A DNA stretch of 64,000 nt from Pseudomonadota bacterium (GTDB lineage: Bacteria; Desulfobacterota; UBA8473): assembly GCA_043825855.1 (NCBI GenBank), contig JBDRRJ010000021.1, positions 2,938 to 66,937 on the forward strand, in the 5' to 3' direction. Below the pieces are notes generated by a model that did no database searches, had not been told where the DNA came from, and worked only from the letters and a program-made list of their open reading frames with translations. The position numbers and the translations under genes are program-made. Shown in pieces: positions 49,909 to 59,929 of this stretch (position 1 is its first letter; the number at the start of each line of letters is the position of its first letter).

Positions 49909-49982
49909 GATGAGGCTGTTAAATAAATAACCAGTAGATATAGAACAAACAATGAGTGTAGACTAGACTAACAGGAGGGAAA

Positions 49983-50696
49983 ATGGGATTTGGGGATGTC
50001 ATAAGCAGGTTTTTCCCGAAGACATATACTGAAAAAGATTTTATGGAGAAGACTTACAGTATACTTGGCAAAGAAGGTTTTAATGCTGACAACACAATTG
50101 CTTCTGCCAACGTATGTAGAGATGAGATTTCGCAAACAATAGTCAATCTGATAAGGGAAAGATGGGGAGAGGCATTCAACCTCTCAAGTCTTGCAGGTAT
50201 GTTCTTTGCAGGCAGAACAGCCCTGATAGCAGGTATGCACCATGCACCGATTGAGGCTGGCAAGGAACGTTATGTTTATTATGCCTTGCCTCATATAGCA
50301 ATTGGTTCTAGTGGAGAGATGGGAGTCTGTAAAAGGAAAGGCAGAGAAAAGGAAGGAAACGCATGTGGCGCGTTGAACGCCTTTCAGAAAGAGATAGCAG
50401 AGGGCAGGGTTAATTTTTCAATGGACAATGAGGACATTGAACAGAGCCTTCTCAGGATGCGTCTGTTAAGGGAGCTTCCTTATGGTCATGTTCCCGATCT
50501 TCTTGAACTTACAAGGATAGCACATAGGGTTATACGTACAGATATTGATAATGCACTTAACAATATCGTGGATAAGGAGAGATGTGATTATGCTTTGATA
50601 ACAGGCATACAGATTCATGGTCCTGATAACAATTATGTATGGCCTGACTTTTCTTATGCAATCATAAACGGTACAAGGCAAGAAATTACTTTTTGA
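49983..50696 (+). CDS. LCIB/LCIC-type (theta-class) carbonic anhydrase-like protein
   Basis: VCRDE, FNLSSLAG, HAP, PHIAI...G..G...R.GR, ACGAL, GIQIH; Cys/His/Cys Zn triad. Confidence 0.8.
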   Translation: MGFGDVISRFFPKTYTEKDFMEKTYSILGKEGFNADNTIASANVCRDEISQTIVNLIRERWGEAFNLSSLAGMFFAGRTALIAGMHHAPIEAGKERYVYYALPHIAIGSSGEMGVCKRKGREKEGNACGALNAFQKEIAEGRVNFSMDNEDIEQSLLRMRLLRELPYGHVPDLLELTRIAHRVIRTDIDNALNNIVDKERCDYALITGIQIHGPDNNYVWPDFSYAIINGTRQEITF

Positions 50697-50754
50697 AATT
50701 TGATAAAAGAGACCAAGAACTAACTGTTGAGAATTTTAACAAAGGGGGAATCCT

Positions 50755-51180
50755 ATGAAAGCTAAGCTGTTATTAGTGGACGATGAAGAGAATTTTATTG
50801 AAACACTAGCCGAAAGATTGAGGAATCGAAACTATGATGTCACTACAGCTCTTAATGGGGAAGATGCCCTTCAAAAGATCAACGAGTACGATATAGACAT
50901 AGCTATCATCGATGTTATGATGCCGGGTCTAAGTGGTATTGAAACCCTTAGCGAAATAAAGAGACTAAAACCACTTGTAGAGGCGTTTATGCTCACCGGT
51001 CATGCAACAGTAGAAACTGCCATAGAGGGCATGAAGCTTGGAGCGTATGATTACCTGATGAAACCATGTGATATGGACCAACTCTTAGCCAAGATCGAAG
51101 AGGCGAAGGATAAAAAGAGTAAACACGAAGAAAAGATCAGAGAAGCAAAGGTAAAAGAACTCTCTACCAGGTTTGTTTAA
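50755..51180 (+). CDS. single-domain response regulator
   Basis: LLVDDE, IIDVMMP, LTGHA, YLMKP. Confidence 0.95.
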   Translation: MKAKLLLVDDEENFIETLAERLRNRNYDVTTALNGEDALQKINEYDIDIAIIDVMMPGLSGIETLSEIKRLKPLVEAFMLTGHATVETAIEGMKLGAYDYLMKPCDMDQLLAKIEEAKDKKSKHEEKIREAKVKELSTRFV

Positions 51181-51201
51181 TTTGGCTCTATTAGATATAC
51201 T

Positions 51202-52911
51202 GTGCCGAAGATGAAAACTAAATCCGTCAAGAATCATCAATACTACCGTACACTCACTAGAATGATTGTAGTATTAATGATCAGCATCTCAATTATACCC
51301 CTCATCTTCATTGGTGGGGTAACTATCTATTATTACAGCCAATCTTTAAAGAATAATACAATAGTATACCTTGAAACCCTCGTTAACAAGCACAGAATCA
51401 ATATAGACACATTCCTCAAGGAAAAGTTAGCTGACATTCAGACCCTTGTAGACTCAAGTACTGTGGAGCAACTTCTTGATAGTAACTTTTTAAGAAGAAG
51501 GCTTGAAATATTGCAAAAGAGATATGGGGATTTTGTCGATCTTGGTGTTATAGACGACACTGGTTATCAGCTTGCCTATGCTGGCCCATTTCAACTTGAA
51601 CATGTAAAGTATTCTGATGCAGATTGGTTTAAAAAGGCTATGACCAGGGATTACTTTATAAGTGATGTTTTTCTTGGGATCAGAGGGTTACCACATTTTA
51701 TTATAGCTATAAAAACTAAGGATACCAAAGGGAAAATCTGGATTGTAAGGACTACTATAGATATCGAAAAATTCACTTCACGGGTTGAAAACATTAAAAT
51801 AGGCAAGACCGGCCATGCCTTTATATTGAATCGTAGCGGGGAGTTCCAAACTAATCCAAAATTCAAGGATATGGAGGACATCCATTTTGTATACTCTACC
51901 ATTAAGGATGAATCCCCTGGAACCAATAGTGTTTCAGTTGTTGAAACCGAAAGGGCAAATGGAAAGAGAGTAATCTACGCTATTTCGTTTCTCAAAAATA
52001 GAGAATGGATGCTGGTATCTAAACAGGATTCGGCAGACGCTTTTTCCTCTCTCTACTACGTAAGGAAGTTGGTTATTTCAATTTCTTTCGTAAGCTTATT
52101 TTCAGTCCTGCTGATAAGTTTTTTCCTGGCAAGAAAAATAGTAGGTCGTATGGAGAAGGTTGATCTGGATAGGGTGAAGATGCATGAGCAGATCGTAGAG
52201 GCAGGCAAACTCGCATCAATAGGGGAACTTGCAGCAGGTATAGCTCATGAGGTTAATAACCCAGTTGCTATTATGGTAGAAGAGGCTGGTTGGATGGAGG
52301 ACCTGTTGGAAGAAGGGGAACTTCAGAGTAGCGATACCCTTTATGAATTTAGACGTGCCTTGAAACAGATACGGTCCCAGGGAATACGTTGCAAGCAGAT
52401 TACACACAAATTGCTGAGTTTTGCACGGAAAACCGATTCAAAGCTTTATGACCTGAATTTAAATGAATTGATCGAAGAAGTAGTTGGACTATCCGAAAGG
52501 ACAGCAAGGTATAGAAACATAAAGATAGAAACTAAAATCAGTCCGGATGTTCCCCCAATAACCGCATCACCTTCAGAGATTCAGCAGGTGCTTCTAAATC
52601 TGATAAATAATGCTATTGATGCTATTGGTAAGGATGGAGGGAGAATTAATATAGTAACTATGGTTGATGATGGTTTTGTGGTTATTGATGTATCTGATAC
52701 AGGGCGTGGAATTCCTCAGGCTGATATTCAGAGGATTTTTGATCCGTTCTTTACTACAAAGCCGGTTGGCAAAGGTACAGGGTTAGGATTATCTATCTGT
52801 TATGGGATTATTGACAGGATGGGTGGAAGGATAAGTGTGAATAGCGCCCCGGGAAAGGGTACAGTATTTCATGTACGAATTCCAATTAGTACGGAGAAAA
52901 AAGAGGCATGA
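51202..52911 (+). CDS. Cache-domain sensor histidine kinase
   Basis: 2 TM, FISDVFLG.R..PHF, HEVNNPV, DTGRGI, GTGLGL. Confidence 0.95.
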   Translation: MPKMKTKSVKNHQYYRTLTRMIVVLMISISIIPLIFIGGVTIYYYSQSLKNNTIVYLETLVNKHRINIDTFLKEKLADIQTLVDSSTVEQLLDSNFLRRRLEILQKRYGDFVDLGVIDDTGYQLAYAGPFQLEHVKYSDADWFKKAMTRDYFISDVFLGIRGLPHFIIAIKTKDTKGKIWIVRTTIDIEKFTSRVENIKIGKTGHAFILNRSGEFQTNPKFKDMEDIHFVYSTIKDESPGTNSVSVVETERANGKRVIYAISFLKNREWMLVSKQDSADAFSSLYYVRKLVISISFVSLFSVLLISFFLARKIVGRMEKVDLDRVKMHEQIVEAGKLASIGELAAGIAHEVNNPVAIMVEEAGWMEDLLEEGELQSSDTLYEFRRALKQIRSQGIRCKQITHKLLSFARKTDSKLYDLNLNELIEEVVGLSERTARYRNIKIETKISPDVPPITASPSEIQQVLLNLINNAIDAIGKDGGRINIVTMVDDGFVVIDVSDTGRGIPQADIQRIFDPFFTTKPVGKGTGLGLSICYGIIDRMGGRISVNSAPGKGTVFHVRIPISTEKKEA

Positions 52912-52978
52912 AAAAAGGGGCTTTTAGTGAGGTAGGAGTAGTTAATAACTACTTAAAATCAACAGGGAGGTAAATGCT

Positions 52979-53413
52979 ATGGTTGAAGCAAAAAATATAA
53001 TGCTGGTTGATGATGAAGAGCCTTTTGTTGAAGCTATGACCAGACGCCTGTCTAAAAGGGGTTTTAACGTGATTGGCGTATTCAGCGGAAATGAAGCCCT
53101 GAAAAAACTGAAATCTAACACGACAATTGAAGTTGTTATACTTGATGTCAAGATGCCTGGTATGGATGGGATAGATACATTGAAGGAGATAAAAAGACAA
53201 TTCCCATTAATAGAGGTTATCATGCTTACAGGTTATGCCACTGTTGAAACGGCTATTGAAGGGATGAAGCTTGGGGCATTTGATTACCTAATGAAGCCTA
53301 CTGATATGGTACAGCTTTTAACCAAGATTGAAGAGGCGGGGGATAAGAAAAATAAACATGAAGAAAAGATTAGAGAGGCAAAGATTAAAGAGCTCTCTTC
53401 TAGATTTGTTTAG
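52979..53413 (+). CDS. single-domain response regulator
   Basis: MLVDDE, ILDVKMP, YLMKP; paralog of 50755. Confidence 0.95.
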   Translation: MVEAKNIMLVDDEEPFVEAMTRRLSKRGFNVIGVFSGNEALKKLKSNTTIEVVILDVKMPGMDGIDTLKEIKRQFPLIEVIMLTGYATVETAIEGMKLGAFDYLMKPTDMVQLLTKIEEAGDKKNKHEEKIREAKIKELSSRFV

Positions 53414-53518
53414 TGGTTCCCGATAAAAAAGTAACAGATAAACCACAGATTTCCCTTGCTGCCGACGATTTTATAACAGACATGACAGGTGTTCTATCTG
53501 TCAGAAAGGTATTTTCAG

Positions 53519-53905
53519 GTGGAACGGATTAAACTCCTTTTAGTGGATGATGAAGAGGGCTATGTAAGTGTTTTGTCCAAAAGATTATCAAGGAGGAATA
53601 TCCAGGCAACTGTTGCACTCAGTGGTACTGAAGCAATTCAGGCTCTCAGAAAGCAGGATTTCGATGTAACCGTTTTAGATTTAAAGATGGAGGATATGGA
53701 TGGTATCGAGGTTTTAAAAATATTCAAAAAAGTATGTCCCAATATGGAGGTTATCATGCTTACGGGCCACGGTTCCGAGCAGGCCGCCAGGGATGGTTTA
53801 TCCCTCGGGGCATTTGCCTATCTTACCAAACCCTGCGATTTGGATGATCTTCTCAAAAAGATCAGGCAGGCAGCTATAAGAAAGGGAGGTGGAACTTGTG
53901 GATGA
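53519..53905 (+). CDS. single-domain response regulator
   Basis: LLVDDE, VLDLKME, LTGHG, YLTKP. Confidence 0.93.
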   Translation: MERIKLLLVDDEEGYVSVLSKRLSRRNIQATVALSGTEAIQALRKQDFDVTVLDLKMEDMDGIEVLKIFKKVCPNMEVIMLTGHGSEQAARDGLSLGAFAYLTKPCDLDDLLKKIRQAAIRKGGGTCG

Positions 53906-54326
53906 ATTCAGCGTCCTTCTTGTAGATGACGAAAAAGAATTTTTAGATACATTAATTAAAAGACTTAAAAAACGGAAGTTAATGGTAACGGGAGTAAACA
54001 GCGGTGAAGATGCCCTTAAATTCCTGAAAGAGACTCCGCTGGATGTGGTAGTTCTCGATGTAAGGATGGAGGGGGGTATGGATGGCATACAGACGTTGCG
54101 GGAGATTAAAAAGATTAACCCTCTGGTAGAGGTTATTATGCTTACAGGACATGCAAATCTGGAGGTTGCTGTTGAGGGGATGGAAGTTGGAGCATTCGAT
54201 TATCTGATGAAACCTATGGATATTGATGAACTTTTATATAAACTTGAAGATGCCTATAAGAGAAAAAAAATTCAGGAACAAAAGATAAAACACTTGGAAG
54301 AGGGAAAAAAAATAGAAGGGGTTTGA
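53898..54326 (+). CDS. single-domain response regulator
   Basis: LLVDDE, VLDVRM, YLMKP. Confidence 0.93.
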   Translation: MDEFSVLLVDDEKEFLDTLIKRLKKRKLMVTGVNSGEDALKFLKETPLDVVVLDVRMEGGMDGIQTLREIKKINPLVEVIMLTGHANLEVAVEGMEVGAFDYLMKPMDIDELLYKLEDAYKRKKIQEQKIKHLEEGKKIEGV

Positions 54327-54329
54327 GAA

Positions 54330-55991
54330 ATGAAAAGACGACTATATGCGAACCTCAGGAGAAAGATTATTTTCATTACCCTGACAGTTTCTTTCATACC
54401 GCTTATTTCCCTTAGTGTGATTATTTATTATCAATTTGCCAATGTGTTCAGAAATAAAATCGAAGAACAGATTGAATACCGTGCCAGGGCACAGGGTAGC
54501 GCGATAGAACTCTTCTTAAAAGAACGCACCGCCATTCTACTAACCATGGTCGACACATATAACTTTGATGATTTAGCAGCCAAGGGCAAATTAGAGAGAG
54601 TTTTTCAGATAATGAACCATCGAGTTGGCGGTTTCATTGATCTCGGATTGATTGATAATACCGGAAGGCATGTGGCCTATGTGGGCCCTTACAACCTTAT
54701 TGGTCTGAACTATTATTCGCAACCATGGTTTGGTGAAGTTGAAAGTAAGGGTGTTTACGTCAGTGACGTTTTTACCGGCTTCAGGCGGGTACCTCATTTT
54801 ATCATCGCTGTAAGACGCCAGGAGAACAACAGGATATGGATACTAAGGGCAACAATAGATTCTGATGCTTTTGAGAGTCTTGTCCGTGCAGCACAGGTGG
54901 GAAAAACAGGTGATGCTTTTATTGTCAATAGAGATGGCTTCTATCAAACGCACATGCGTTTTGGTGGAGAGCTCCTCTCAAAGTCCAATTTGAATCCCAC
55001 TATCTTTGGAGAGGGCACGACAGTCTTAGAAAAGGTAAACAAAGAGGGAAAAAAGGTACTCTATGCCGGAAGATGGCTGAAAAAAAACAACTGGCTTTTG
55101 GTTATCAGCCAGGATGTTTCGGAAGAGATGACAAGACTCTTTAAAACAAAAAGCATAGAGGTCATTATCGTTGCCTCCGGTTGTTTATTGATCATCCTGA
55201 CAACTATCTTTACCACCCGTCTTACTGTCAGGCACCTGGAAATGGCTGACAGAAAGATGAATGAATTGAACGCACAACTTGTCCATACAGATAAACTGGC
55301 AGCCCTCGGTAAGATGGCGGCCGGTGTTGCCCATGAGATCAATAATCCTCTTGCCGTTATTGCAGAAAAAACCGGTTGGATGGAGGATCTCCTGGCAGAT
55401 GAGGAGTTTCAGAATAGTCAGAATATTGAGGAGTATAAAAAATCACTCAGGAAGATAGAGGAACACGTCGAAAGGGCGAGAAAAGTGACACATGGTATGC
55501 TTGGATTTGTCAGGAGGATGGAACCTCATCTGGAGGATGTGGATATAAACGAAATCTTGAATGAGACGATAACTTTTCTGCATAGTTATGCTCGGGCAAA
55601 TAATATTGTTATAGAAAAAGAGCTGGGAATCGATCTTCCAATAATTGCCAGTGATCACGCTCAGCTTCAGCAGGTGTTTCTGAACCTGATAAACAACGCA
55701 ATAGATGGGATAGGTAAAGATGGGTTGGTTCGTGTAAGCAGCCGTAAAATTGATTCGAATATAGTTGTCAGCGTGAAAGACAATGGAAAGGGTATCCCCA
55801 AAGAACATCAGGCAAGGGTCTTTGAACCTTTTTTCACTACTAAACCGGGAGGCAAAGGAACGGGTCTTGGTTTGTCAATTACCTATAATATCGTTCAAAA
55901 TATGGGAGGGACAATTAATTTCGAAAGCGAGAAAAAGATAGGAACAACATTCAACGTAATATTACCCATTGTTGTTCCGGAGAAGAAGTAA
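54330..55991 (+). CDS. Cache-domain sensor histidine kinase
   Basis: 2 TM, YVSDVF.GFR.VPHF, HEINNPL, DNGKGI, GTGLGL. Confidence 0.95.
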   Translation: MKRRLYANLRRKIIFITLTVSFIPLISLSVIIYYQFANVFRNKIEEQIEYRARAQGSAIELFLKERTAILLTMVDTYNFDDLAAKGKLERVFQIMNHRVGGFIDLGLIDNTGRHVAYVGPYNLIGLNYYSQPWFGEVESKGVYVSDVFTGFRRVPHFIIAVRRQENNRIWILRATIDSDAFESLVRAAQVGKTGDAFIVNRDGFYQTHMRFGGELLSKSNLNPTIFGEGTTVLEKVNKEGKKVLYAGRWLKKNNWLLVISQDVSEEMTRLFKTKSIEVIIVASGCLLIILTTIFTTRLTVRHLEMADRKMNELNAQLVHTDKLAALGKMAAGVAHEINNPLAVIAEKTGWMEDLLADEEFQNSQNIEEYKKSLRKIEEHVERARKVTHGMLGFVRRMEPHLEDVDINEILNETITFLHSYARANNIVIEKELGIDLPIIASDHAQLQQVFLNLINNAIDGIGKDGLVRVSSRKIDSNIVVSVKDNGKGIPKEHQARVFEPFFTTKPGGKGTGLGLSITYNIVQNMGGTINFESEKKIGTTFNVILPIVVPEKK

Positions 55992-56079
55992 GATATAAAA
56001 AGGATTCAAGGGGTCAAGGATTCGAGTAAAATGATAAAAACAACTTCATAAGTTTTATGTATAAATAATGGGGGTTAAG

Positions 56080-56508
56080 ATGAATACCTTCCGGGTTTTG
56101 GTCGTAGATGATGAAGTAGATTTTTTAGAAACAATCATTAACCGTTTGCAGAAAAGGAAGGTTGATGCGACAGGTGTTCCAAATGGAGAAGCAGCCCTGG
56201 AACTGATAAAGGAGAAACCTTTTGATGTTATTTTGCTGGATATCAAGATGCCGGGCGGTATGGATGGGATCGAGGTATTAAGGGAAATCAAAAAAGTAAA
56301 GCCTTTAATCGAAGTGATTCTCCTTACCGGACATGCCTCGGTAGAGACAAGCATAGAAGGATTGAGGATGGGTGCCTTTGATTATCTTATAAAACCGGTA
56401 AAATTTGATGAAGTACTGGAGAAGTTGGCTGCTGCTTTTCAAAAGAAAAATATTCAGGAACAAAAAATTCACAACGCTAAGATAAAGGAATTGGTTCATT
56501 CAGAGTAA
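56080..56508 (+). CDS. single-domain response regulator
   Basis: LVVDDE, LLDIKMP, YLIKP. Confidence 0.94.
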   Translation: MNTFRVLVVDDEVDFLETIINRLQKRKVDATGVPNGEAALELIKEKPFDVILLDIKMPGGMDGIEVLREIKKVKPLIEVILLTGHASVETSIEGLRMGAFDYLIKPVKFDEVLEKLAAAFQKKNIQEQKIHNAKIKELVHSE

Positions 56509-56567
56509 GATATTCAAGAAGGAAAGGGGGGCAAAGATATCAATTCTAGGTTATCAGGAGGGGTGTT

Positions 56568-56981
56568 ATGAAGGTATTGGTAGCGACAGACGGTTCAGAA
56601 AATTCTATGAAGGCGGTTAAAAGATCACTGGATCTAGCTGAGAAAGAAAAAGCGGAAATTACCCTAATGTCAGTTGCCTATTTTGGTAAAGGCGACTTTG
56701 ATGACATGCCACCTAGAATCCAGGAAAAATTAGAGAAAAAAGCAAGGGATGCCCTTGAAAAGGCAAAGAATATTTTTGAAGAAAGGGGGACCAAGGTCGA
56801 AACTATCATGGAGACAGGTGTTGTACCAGCCAACAATATTATAAAGAGGGCAAAAGATGATGGGTTTGACCTCATTCTTATGGGCAGTACGGGTATCACC
56901 GGTCTTGAGAGGGTTTTGATGGGTAGTACAGCGGCTAAAGTGGTGGCGCACGCCCCATGCAGTGTAAGTATAATCCGATAA
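56568..56981 (+). CDS. universal stress protein
   Basis: VLVATDGS, LILMGSTG...LMGSTA.KVV..APCSV. Confidence 0.95.
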   Translation: MKVLVATDGSENSMKAVKRSLDLAEKEKAEITLMSVAYFGKGDFDDMPPRIQEKLEKKARDALEKAKNIFEERGTKVETIMETGVVPANNIIKRAKDDGFDLILMGSTGITGLERVLMGSTAAKVVAHAPCSVSIIR

Positions 56982-56999
56982 AATCAGGAGGTAAAGGAG

Positions 57000-57296
57000 A
57001 TGTGTAAGTTGTGGACAAAACTAACAGGTATAATGGTCATGGCATTGTTCGTTATACCAGATATTGTCCTGGCCTCTGGAGAAAAGGCTTCCCCCCTTGT
57101 CCTTGTGGCGGATACCCGCAATTTGACGGGCTGGGAGGCATGGTTTGCAAACCTCTATAATGAAAGTCATCTGTATTTTGCTATTCTCACCGTGGTAATC
57201 ATCCCTGTTGTCGGTGTGCTTCTTGGTCTTTTAGCAGACCTGGTTATGAATCATATAGGCATTGATCTGACATCGAGGGAATTAGCTGAACACTAA
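57000..57296 (+). CDS. small membrane protein (DVU0150-like)
   Basis: Signal/TM, LVLVADTR, ANLYN, GIDL. Confidence 0.75.
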   Translation: MCKLWTKLTGIMVMALFVIPDIVLASGEKASPLVLVADTRNLTGWEAWFANLYNESHLYFAILTVVIIPVVGVLLGLLADLVMNHIGIDLTSRELAEH

Positions 57297-57323
57297 GACT
57301 CTAAGAGAGCTGGGAGGTAGTGT

Positions 57324-58379
57324 ATGGACTGGTTGTATGTTTTAATGCCTATTTCGGGGGTTATAATATTCTGGCCCGGCCTGGTTATCCTTGGAATCGG
57401 GGTTGGAATAATCGGCGGTTTCTTTGGCATGGGTGGCGCCTGGATGGTTACGCCTGGGCTTAACATCCTTGGCTTTCCCATGGCTTTTGCAATCGGGACA
57501 GATATCGCTCATATGGCGGGAAAGTCCCTCATATCTACCATGAGGCATGGCAGGTTTGGAAATGTAGACTATCGGCTGGGGTTTATTATGCTAGTCGGAA
57601 CCATAGTTGGATTTGAGGTAGGGGCACAGATGATTATGTGGCTGGAGCGCCTCGGCAAGGTAGAATTATACGTCCGCTGGATGTATGTTGTACTCCTTGT
57701 CCTCATCGCATGGATGATATTTTCTGACGTTGCAAAGCAAAAAAGAAATGAAAGAAAGGCAAAAGAAGCAGGCATGGATATGGATAATCTGGCCACAGGT
57801 ATTGAATGGCACAAGACCCTCCATAAGATCAAGATCCCTCCCGTTATACATTTTAAGACGGCCGGATTTTCCTGTTCTGCCTGGTTACCCATATTTATCA
57901 GCTTATTTACAGGCTGGCTGGCAGGTATACTGGGTATTGGTGGTGGGCTTATTCGTATGCCTGCCCTCATCTATTTTATAGGTTGTCCAACACACATAGC
58001 TGTAGGGACGGACCTCTTTGAGGTTATGATATCCGGTCTTTACGGAGCTGCCACTTATACTTTCAAGGGCAGGACAGAACTCCTTGCTGCCCTTATAATG
58101 CTGGTAGGCGCAGCTGTCGGAGCACAGGTTGGGACAGTGGCAACCAAATATATTAAAGGGTATGGAATCCGTATTGCCTTTGGAGTTGCCGTCATCGGTT
58201 GTTGTATTTCCATAATCATGAAACTCATCCCAAGGTATATACCCTGGACTAAAGTAGCCTTGGATATTTCATCAACCGTTCTCATCCTTGGGCTTGTGGG
58301 TGCCCTGTCTGTCTATATTTTTATCAAAATGATACAGGGTGCAAGGGAAGAAATCGCTGTGAAGAAAGGAAAGAGTTAG
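57324..58379 (+). CDS. TauE/SafE-family (sulfite exporter-like) permease
   Basis: GFFGMGGAW..TP, AIGTD, GILGIGGG, AVGTDL. Confidence 0.9.
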   Translation: MDWLYVLMPISGVIIFWPGLVILGIGVGIIGGFFGMGGAWMVTPGLNILGFPMAFAIGTDIAHMAGKSLISTMRHGRFGNVDYRLGFIMLVGTIVGFEVGAQMIMWLERLGKVELYVRWMYVVLLVLIAWMIFSDVAKQKRNERKAKEAGMDMDNLATGIEWHKTLHKIKIPPVIHFKTAGFSCSAWLPIFISLFTGWLAGILGIGGGLIRMPALIYFIGCPTHIAVGTDLFEVMISGLYGAATYTFKGRTELLAALIMLVGAAVGAQVGTVATKYIKGYGIRIAFGVAVIGCCISIIMKLIPRYIPWTKVALDISSTVLILGLVGALSVYIFIKMIQGAREEIAVKKGKS

Positions 58380-58395
58380 CATGAGGAGGTATGTG

Positions 58396-59007
58396 ATGAT
58401 AAAAAAACTTAGCCTGTTTGCGATACTGGCTGTTTTATCCTCTGTTTTTATCCTTGCCTGCGGGGAATTGGGTAAGGTAGACCAGGGCAGGGTTATCGAA
58501 TTTGACAAAGAAAAAGGTACGGTCACTATTATCAGGGATAAGAATGTCGACCCTAAGAATCCTGACTACAGCTATCTGCCACCTGTTGTTTATGAGCTCC
58601 CAAAGAATCCTAGCGAAATGGGAGAAGAACCGAAGACAGGGAAACGGATGAAGCTTGACACAGCTAATAACCAGATAGTCATCTTTGATCCGGCTACACA
58701 GGACTTTAAGACAATCACATATAAACTGATCGAGCAGAAGGAAAATGTAGGAAAAGAGGACTCGCTGGTCTTTGATAGGGAGAAGGATAAACCCAAGAAC
58801 TTTCCCTTGATAGACAAGGGAAAGAAGACCATTACCATCTATTCAAAGAAACAAAAGATACTCGTCACTTTTTCTCTGCCTGATGAATATTTTGCCCTTC
58901 CGGACAATACGTGGGATAATGGCGATGAAGCCCGCATCTACTATAAGGAGGAGGGGAAAGCCAGGAGGTTTATGAACGTCAGTAAGATCGACATTTTCAA
59001 GAAATAA
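58396..59007 (+). CDS. lipoprotein (DUF4881-like)
   Basis: Lipobox ILAC, GKVDQGRV. Confidence 0.75.
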   Translation: MIKKLSLFAILAVLSSVFILACGELGKVDQGRVIEFDKEKGTVTIIRDKNVDPKNPDYSYLPPVVYELPKNPSEMGEEPKTGKRMKLDTANNQIVIFDPATQDFKTITYKLIEQKENVGKEDSLVFDREKDKPKNFPLIDKGKKTITIYSKKQKILVTFSLPDEYFALPDNTWDNGDEARIYYKEEGKARRFMNVSKIDIFKK

Positions 59008-59081
59008 ATATTAAGCAGTCAGGAATTAGGGATCAAGGAGGACAATACATATTGTGGCCATTGAAAAGGGTATAGAGTAAC

Positions 59082-59876
59082 ATGATGGACCTGGAGAGAC
59101 TCAGACAGTGGAGAAGCACAATGGGAAAGGCTGCCGCTGTTTTATGTGTTGTCGTGATTCTGTTAATTGTTGATACCATTATCGCCGGATTAAGACAGCC
59201 GATAAACGTATATAACCTCCTTCCCGGAACAACTGTAGAGATCAACGGAACACTGGCAGAAAAAGCCCAGAGTATCCAGGAACTAACCTACAGGAGCAGT
59301 TCAGACCTAGTTGAGCTTTCCATTGATTCTATTCAGAAAGGCTTCTGGTTTGGACAAAACATGTGGCAGGGGCGGCTGACAGCCAGACCCGGTATCAAAC
59401 AGGGAGAGTACAGGTTGGTTGTGGGTATTAAGGGAAAGAAGGTACAAAAGCCACCCCTTGTTTTTCTTATAAGGGTTCATAAAGATTATATGGGCTATCG
59501 CCAAAGCTTCAAGTCTCTCATGAAACGATACTTTGATATCTCTCCATTGGCTGCGGTTGTTTTTCTTTCTCCATTGGTTGTTCTGACATTCGGATGTATC
59601 TTTCTTTTTTCCAGGAAGATTGAATATCTCATGGCAGAACAGGGAAAGGCTGAGATATATAAGGTCATAAAAGGTGATGAAGGATACGAAATTGCCTTTG
59701 GTCTGGGTACCAGGCATGGTATCCAGACCAATACCTGCCTTGCACTCCTCAATGAAAAGGGGAAACCGGTAGGGAAAGTAGTGGTTAAAAGGGTTTCAGA
59801 AACTGACTCGTTAGCAATAGCGGAATGTAGCCGCTCAGTTAAACCGGGTTATATTGTTTCGCTTAAAGAAGAATGA
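59082..59876 (+). CDS. hypothetical membrane protein
   Basis: Two TM segments, GFWFG..MW.G, FGLG..HG. Confidence 0.8.
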   Translation: MMDLERLRQWRSTMGKAAAVLCVVVILLIVDTIIAGLRQPINVYNLLPGTTVEINGTLAEKAQSIQELTYRSSSDLVELSIDSIQKGFWFGQNMWQGRLTARPGIKQGEYRLVVGIKGKKVQKPPLVFLIRVHKDYMGYRQSFKSLMKRYFDISPLAAVVFLSPLVVLTFGCIFLFSRKIEYLMAEQGKAEIYKVIKGDEGYEIAFGLGTRHGIQTNTCLALLNEKGKPVGKVVVKRVSETDSLAIAECSRSVKPGYIVSLKEE

Positions 59877-59929
59877 AGACAGATTTTAAGTAGTTGTAAA
59901 TAATTGTAGAAGAAAGAGGAGGTCGTTTG

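Noticed and set aside
56001-56027. Short degenerate tandem repeat AGGATTCAAG-GGGTCAAG-GATTCGAG
   Set aside because: Only about three imperfect units with no associated gene; too weak to interpret
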